Shown piece after piece: positions 58,075-64,000 of a stretch of 64,000 nucleotides of DNA (position 1 is the stretch's first letter; every line of letters begins with the position of its first letter). The DNA is from Rhodosorus marinus CCMP1338. Its lineage: Eukaryota; Plantae; Rhodophyta. Position numbers and translations under genes: made by a program. The notes beneath the pieces are model-generated. The model was not told the origin of the DNA, searched no databases, and saw only the letters and a list, made by a program, of their open reading frames with translations. The stretch covers positions 2,108,001 to 2,172,000 of the forward strand of contig JAMWBK010000003.1 in the NCBI GenBank assembly GCA_029953675.1, read 5' to 3'.

Positions 58075-59546
58075 TTATATTGGAGCTGGTAAACCACGAA
58101 CAGCCTTGGGATGTTCGAGGCGCTTGAATTCAAGAAACGTTAGAAAATCAGCGAGCTGCAGATCGAAACAGGTGCAGTATCTCCTCATCGAGGCCTTGGA
58201 CACGTCCTTCATGACGTTTTCGTAAATTCTTCTGGGTGAGATGCAACCCAGCGCAATATAGGCATTGAACGCTCCGAACTCGATGTCCTGATGGGCTCCT
58301 CCTGGAAGTTGGACAAGTGAGTGTGAGAAACCGACGAAAGCTGAGGATAAGCGAAAAAGCTCTACAGGACATCTAACGCAGGCGCCTCTGCTTGCGGAAA
58401 GTTTAGGATCACCTTCTAGCGGAGGCTTCTTCGTCTTCCCAAGAACAAACTGCTTGAGCCGAGCGAGCGCAGTTGTTTCCCCTCCGGTTGGGGTATTTCT
58501 GACCGAGGATCTGTTGTTCGACTCTGGAAATGCCAAGTCCTGGATCTCTGGCAATAGGCCTCTGTGCAAATTCCTTGGGCAGGGCGGAATGCGCTTCGGT
58601 CTTTCCCTTGGAGAGGGGACCTCCACGTCCTTCATCCTCTCAGTGAAAGCGTGGCAATCCTCCGGTAACTCGCTTTGGGGAAACTTGATGGTCTTGAAGT
58701 CATACAACGTATCCTCAAAATCGTAAAAGCACTGTACCCCAAGATCTTCCATCTGCGCGCCCACGTCTTCTGCGATCTTCATTTTTCTCTGGTTCTTCCC
58801 TGTGTATGTGTCAGTGTATAGTTTGAGCACCAACCTTGGAATAACATCGCTTGCCGTGTTTGTTCGGGATATTGGATCATACCTCTATAGTAGTATAAGG
58901 CCTCTGCATTCGTCTGTTTACAGAATTCAGGTAGGATTTCTGCCGGTTTTCCTCGCCTCTATCAGTGAGAGAGATTCCAGGAATAAAACATGACCGGTTC
59001 AGCAAATTTTAGTCTACCGTGCTGATCAAACGATCCTCCCCTCACCAAAATCAAATCGGAGCCCTGGCTTCGCAACGACTCGCGCAGATCCGAAATGGAG
59101 TCTCGCATGAAGTTCGCTGCCCTCCAGTGCATTCGATCGTGGCCATAAATGACGACTACAATCAAATTCGTGGCATCTTCGTAGGCGCGGTCTAGAGCGA
59201 CGTTATCGTCCAACCTCAGCTCGTCCCGCAACCAAACAACCACAGTACCAAACCTCTTCCCACCAAGAGCTTTCGGAAACCCTAGAAGAAAGGTGACCAA
59301 AGACGTGCTCATCAGCAAATAAAACAACCCCTCATCTGGAATCAAACCGGATACCCAATGCCCTTCTACATAAAACTTACCGCCACTCGCGCCTCGTGCT
59401 CTCTCACTCTGCAAGCGCTTCCTCAAGTCGACAGCCGTAACCCGAGCTCCACTGCTGCTCACCACCAATGACCTGGAAGAAATCGTCCTACTGGACTGTC
59501 CCTTCACGATCGACCCAATGCCACCACTCAGCACAAATCCCTCCAT
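58075..59546 (-). CDS. PHR2: Photolyase/cryptochrome-family protein, PHR2-like (C-terminally truncated FAD domain), plastid-type N-terminus; multi-exon
   Basis: VVWLRDELRLDDNVAL, FMRDSISDLRESLRSQGSDLILVRG, GGETTALARL and AYIALGCISPRRIY. The protein ends about 50 aa later, as in plant PHR2. First ATG is at 59546 (MEGFVL). Confidence 0.8.
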
Positions 59547-62360
59547 ACGCCTGCTCACGTGGGTTATCTAAATCTCGTCAAGTTCAGAACAGGTCTAAAC
59601 AAGTGAAATTTTTTGACTGGCTTCTTGAATCCTAGTATCAGTATCCATTCAGCTATCGTTCTTCACCAGTTGCTCAGAACCCCCCTGCTTGACATCCCCA
59701 ACTCGAAGGAACTAAATCCTCAGCGAGTGTCCTCCACTCTTACAGGTCCAGTTTTCCAAACAATTCCATGGCCAGTTCGGCAAAGTTTCCTTTTGAAAAT
59801 AATTTGTCTATTTCGATTTCCTATTTTGGAGATCTGATCCTTCAATCAATATCAACACTCAATCAAGACTTACTTTGGATCGTAGTTGGAACAAATTTAG
59901 ATTTTATTCATAGTACTGGTATCAAACTTTTCAAGTTTTAGACCAATACTTTGCAAGATCTTGTCTCTTGGCTATATTTTGTTATTTAAAAATTCTCTTT
60001 CAATCGATGAGAACTTGAATCATGCAAAATTGGGAAATTTCGAAGGAATGGGGGTCTAAATGGGATAGTTAAATTTGATATATTTGAGTCAAATGTACCA
60101 AAATTTGGGAATGAACGGGGTTCAGTTTGGTTACACATCGTGCGGGTTTTGATTAGGAGGATAGGATTTTAAGCTGGAGTGGAAGAATCGGTGCTCGGGG
60201 TACTTTGCAATGGAGAGGTTTGAGCTATTTAGGTAGGAGCCTCAACGTTTCAAAAAGTCGGAGGCCTTGAGGAGCAGGAAACCGTGCTTCGTGCGCTGTA
60301 GGTTCATATAGTTAGGAGTGACTACGAGAGGTCAGAATAACGAATCGTTCCGACCACCGAAACCCTTGCGTGCGAAAGCGGAATGGAGGGGGCCTCTTCA
60401 GCGATCAGAGGAGCGGATTACAATCACCTCATGAATCTCGCGTGAAGCTGCTCAAGGTACTCGACAAAAGCTAGATCGGGACCCGATGACTTAAATTGAT
60501 CTACCTATCATAGAAAATACGTGTTTGTTGCCTCAACCCTTCGTCTCTTTCGGGCGGAAAGATCTCCGAGGAGTGCCTCTAGTCAGTTGAAGGACCTCCT
60601 CAACTCCACCGTAGTGAGCAGGCGTACCTAGCACGTCAGTTTCCATCGGTCAGAAAGATGAATCAAGTCGAAGCTGGAGGAAAGAGTAGACGGGGAAATA
60701 CAGTGCGTGATAGATCCGCTAAAAGAGAACCTCCAAATCTGCGCCAATCTACAACTATTTCGACCCGCCTTAACAAAACCATGGAAGGACAATCAAAAAT
60801 TTACATCCATTCTCGGGACTAGCCATCCTCCAAGGGACACCGTATCGACAGCTCTACAACAACCAAGAAACTGGTGGCAAGCACGACTCGGAAACGGACA
60901 CGGGTTTGTGCACCCAAGCACTCAGTGGGGAGTACGAGTGAACTTATAAGAGAGCAGTCAAATCGTGTACTTCTGCAGATCAAGTTCTCAAACTTCTATC
61001 AGGCCCGTCGATGTCACCTTTCTCATGGAATCCGCAACTAGATGGTCTCTCGCCCTCGATCCTCGAGTGGAATTTGTATTAAACCTCCGTGTCCATGGGG
61101 AGAAGAGAAGCCAATGGAAGAGGGTATCATATCATAACGTGGGACCAGAAGATATCGGGATCCTTGCACTGCCAGGAACCGCAAATAGCTTAAGAAGGCC
61201 ACCACTGCATGCTCTACCTTCATTTTACTTCAGAATCCAGCCAAATCTCTGGAAGCTAGGGACCACATCCTCCAGGCTCTCAATCCAAAGCCAACATGCA
61301 GACAACAGATTAACCACTCAGCTGGTCGCCTGCCCGCAAGGCCAGGTCAAATCAGTCCGTTATTTTTAAACCAATTAGAAGCGGTCATGTGATCTGGTCC
61401 TTCCAATTATTCTATATTTTCAATATTATTCAATTTCCGTTATCCAATTATCTGTCCCTTAGTAAATCGAAGCGTCGGGTACTTGCCTTATTTAACCAAT
61501 AGATGAAGCCGTTTGGATTCAACTAAAAAACAAATTTGTGGCTATCGGAAAATCTGAATATTTTATGGAAAAACTTGAACGAACATGCGTTGCTGTCAGC
61601 GTTTCGTTCGCTATATTGTCCTACTTCGCGAACTTTCGCATCAAGGTGTGGAGTTGGATATACTCCCCAAGGAACTGAGGGTAGAGAGACACACGGCTAG
61701 TTTTAATTTAGCAGCTCACAACTGGCGATTGTCGTAAGTTTTCATCGGCGTCCAACTGCAAACTCAGCACTCACTCAATAGTACAATATTACGGTTGGGC
61801 AGAATCGTGCTGCTTTGTAACGCCAGAGTGTTATGCGGGCCGCTAGAAACCAGTGCGAGGCGACCTTTCTCCTGATCAAGAATTCCCTGCCGCAGTACCT
61901 AATGAGGGAGAGGGAGTCCTCTTGGCGTCACAAAGCTAGAGCTCGTATCCATCCCGGAAACTCTGCATCATTGACAAAATAACCTTAAATATAGTTGAGT
62001 CTTAACTGGAAGGGTCCCAGTAGCTTCACCAGTCTACGTCCTTGCCTTCTATGAGACAACCTGACTGAATCCGTATCCATCCACAGCCAGAAACAAGCTG
62101 CATAATTTTTTTTTGAAAACTATATACCAATGATCTTTTGAGAAAGAATTAGTAGGTTGAACGGCAAGAGTGCTGTTCAATTGTCAGTAGAGTAACTGGT
62201 GGGGGTGGGCGGAGATTGAGTTTGTCCGATCCCGAATGGAATTTCCTATGGGTTAAGAAGGCCATTTAAGTCTCGTAAAAGATAGGGCAAAGAAGAGGCA
62301 GCTCAAGTGCTTGAGTGACGAGTGTGTTCTTCTGGAAGTCTTTGATTCCAATACTTGGTT

Positions 62361-64000
62361 ATGGCGCGGCCAGGTTTTGCATCGGTGAGCGGAGTTCTGT
62401 GCGGGGTGTTCTCGTTTGTTTTGGTCAATACCTCGCTTGTCGATATGTTCTGAGCTTGTGTCTCTGTTGCGTTTGTTATGTGTTTGCCTATTTTCTTGTG
62501 TGTTATTTAGAGCATTCGAAGATGGGCGGTTTTCAAGTACTGGAAGTTTTACCTGTCGATGGTGGCTTTCCTGGCGGGTATGGCTTTATTAGTTGCGGTT
62601 GGGGTCGGCTACGGAGTGCTCCCTGTCCTTGCGGTTCTCTCCGTTTCCGCCGGAGCTTTCGTGTTAAATTATAGAACAAATAGCTTGCTCCGCCGACGTT
62701 TGACAGTGTACAAGAGCTCTCTGATTGCTTTCGCGGATTACAAGCTGCTGCGCCGGAAAACCAAGAGGTTTGCTCACAAAAGTTTACAAATCTTGCGGAG
62801 ATCGAGAGAGGAACTGTCAACTCATAAAGACGCTCCCCGTTACTTTTCTCGAGCTCTTCAGACTATTTCCGGACAACGACACCTGTCCCGAATGTCTTGA
62901 AATGTGGGAAGAGGTCAACACTAGGAATGCGAGGCGAGCGTACGAGGTGTTCGTCTCACTGGAAGGGCTATGGATCAAAGCCGGCCAGTACCTATCCAGC
63001 CGTGCTGATGTAATGGTCTCCACATGGTTGTCTTCACTGTCCGAGCCTACTACTCACTCCCGCGATTCTTCTCAAACTGCTCAGGTCCTGCCGGACGTGT
63101 TCATTATGACCTTAAGTAAATGTCAGGACGAAGTCCCCTCAAAGGATCTGGATGATATCCGGGAGACTATTGAGAGCGAGTTTGGAAGGCCGCTGTCATC
63201 AGTGTTTGAGTTCTTTGACCCTAAGCCGCTTGCTTGTGCGTCCATTGCTCAGGTAACGACAAGACCCGCAAAGATTGCTCTGCTCCGTTGACAGGCTGGG
63301 TGCAAGGAAGCCTGAAACGTATCAAGTGTCCCTTCTCGTACTTGCTTTTCTCGAAAGGTGCACAGAGCAACCTTCCGAGGCGAGGATGTGGTGGTTAAAG
63401 TGCAGCACAAAGCAATCAAGGAGGTCATCGAACAGGATCTTGAAAACTTGAGAAGGATAGTCTCCTGGTTTGCTTGGGCTGAACCAGACTTTGACTTCAG
63501 GCCGCTCATGAACGAGTGGTCCAAAGAGGTGGGTTTGTACTGTCCGACGATTGGACAACCGTTCGGTGTATCAGCCGGAGTCTGAAAAGAAACTGCGCTG
63601 TAAACGCGCTCCTCCTACGGTAGGTGCCGTATGAACTGGACTTCATCCACGAAGCGGAAAATCTTCGCCGTGTTGAGAGAGAATCGCTCGAGGCTGTTCG
63701 ATCTCGGAAGGATCTGGGCATGTCGTTCAAGGCGATCTTTCCACAGGTCTGCTCGATAATCATTTCATGTGGCTTTGCTCAACCGCTGCCAAGCGTTCTG
63801 GCCCCGAACTGAGTTTTTTCTCTCGATACAGGTCTACGACGAACTGCTAACGGAGAAAGTCCTCGTTATGAACTACATCGACGGCTTCAAGGTGTCGGAC
63901 ATTAAAGAATTGGATGCGCGCAAAGTGGACAGAGTAGCGCTGATTCAGGACATAGCGCGCGCGTACGGGAATCAGATCTTCCGCTTCGGATTCTTCAATG
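62361..64000 (+). CDS. ABC1/ADCK atypical protein kinase, multi-exon, truncated by window end; 5' exon tentative
   Basis: LEGLWIKAGQYLSSRAD, LSKCQDEVP, FDPKPLACASIAQ|VHRAT, VVVKVQH, ELDFIHEAEN and VLVMNYIDG. Confidence 0.92.

Noticed and set aside
60200-61370. Possible retrotransposon integrase fragments (IVRSDYE, GTPYRQLYN)
   Set aside because: The spacing between fragments (~500 nt) does not fit an integrase core, and no LTR, RT or RNase H motifs were found.
1-64000. tRNA, rRNA, snRNA, CRISPR or SECIS elements
   Set aside because: No cloverleaf or T-loop in a suitable context, no rRNA or snRNA signature, no regularly spaced repeat-spacer array, and no in-frame UGA in a redox motif. Only a manual scan was possible; Infernal or tRNAscan would be decisive.

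Overview
This is eukaryotic nuclear DNA from a compact genome. Introns are GT-AG, roughly 55-260 nt, often with CTAAC/CTGAC branch points. It is most likely a red alga; this is inference from Phe-containing N-termini (GFV/GFL/GFR) on four predicted plastid proteins plus plant-type GATA, PHR2 and UreD/UreF genes. About 24 protein-coding genes were reconstructed by hand across introns: NHLRC2-like, two PPR proteins, a GATA factor, an RCC1-repeat protein, a JmjC/ROX-like protein, an OTU deubiquitinase, an SRPBCC/polyketide-cyclase-like protein, a sedoheptulose-7-phosphate cyclase of EEVS type, NUDT22, NOP16, HACD, MTHFS, neurochondrin-like, UreF, UreD, an eIF4G-family protein, DAP3/mS29, a histidine phosphatase, PHR2-like, an ABC1 kinase (running off the end) and three uncharacterised proteins. 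Intergenic blocks hold a MITE-like inverted repeat, a probable decayed DNA-transposase relic and short repeats. No tRNA, rRNA or CRISPR was recognised. Three observations stand out. (1) ureF and ureD overlap by 35 nt on the same strand in an operon-like layout, and the only usable ureD ATG lies inside the ureF terminal His-Asp codons. (2) There is a spliced, stand-alone EEVS-type (gadusol/valiolone-branch) cyclase with no partner methyltransferase nearby. (3) A JmjC/ROX-fold protein has a signal peptide and C-terminal KDEL but has lost its iron ligands. All assignments come from motif recognition by eye; no database search was run.
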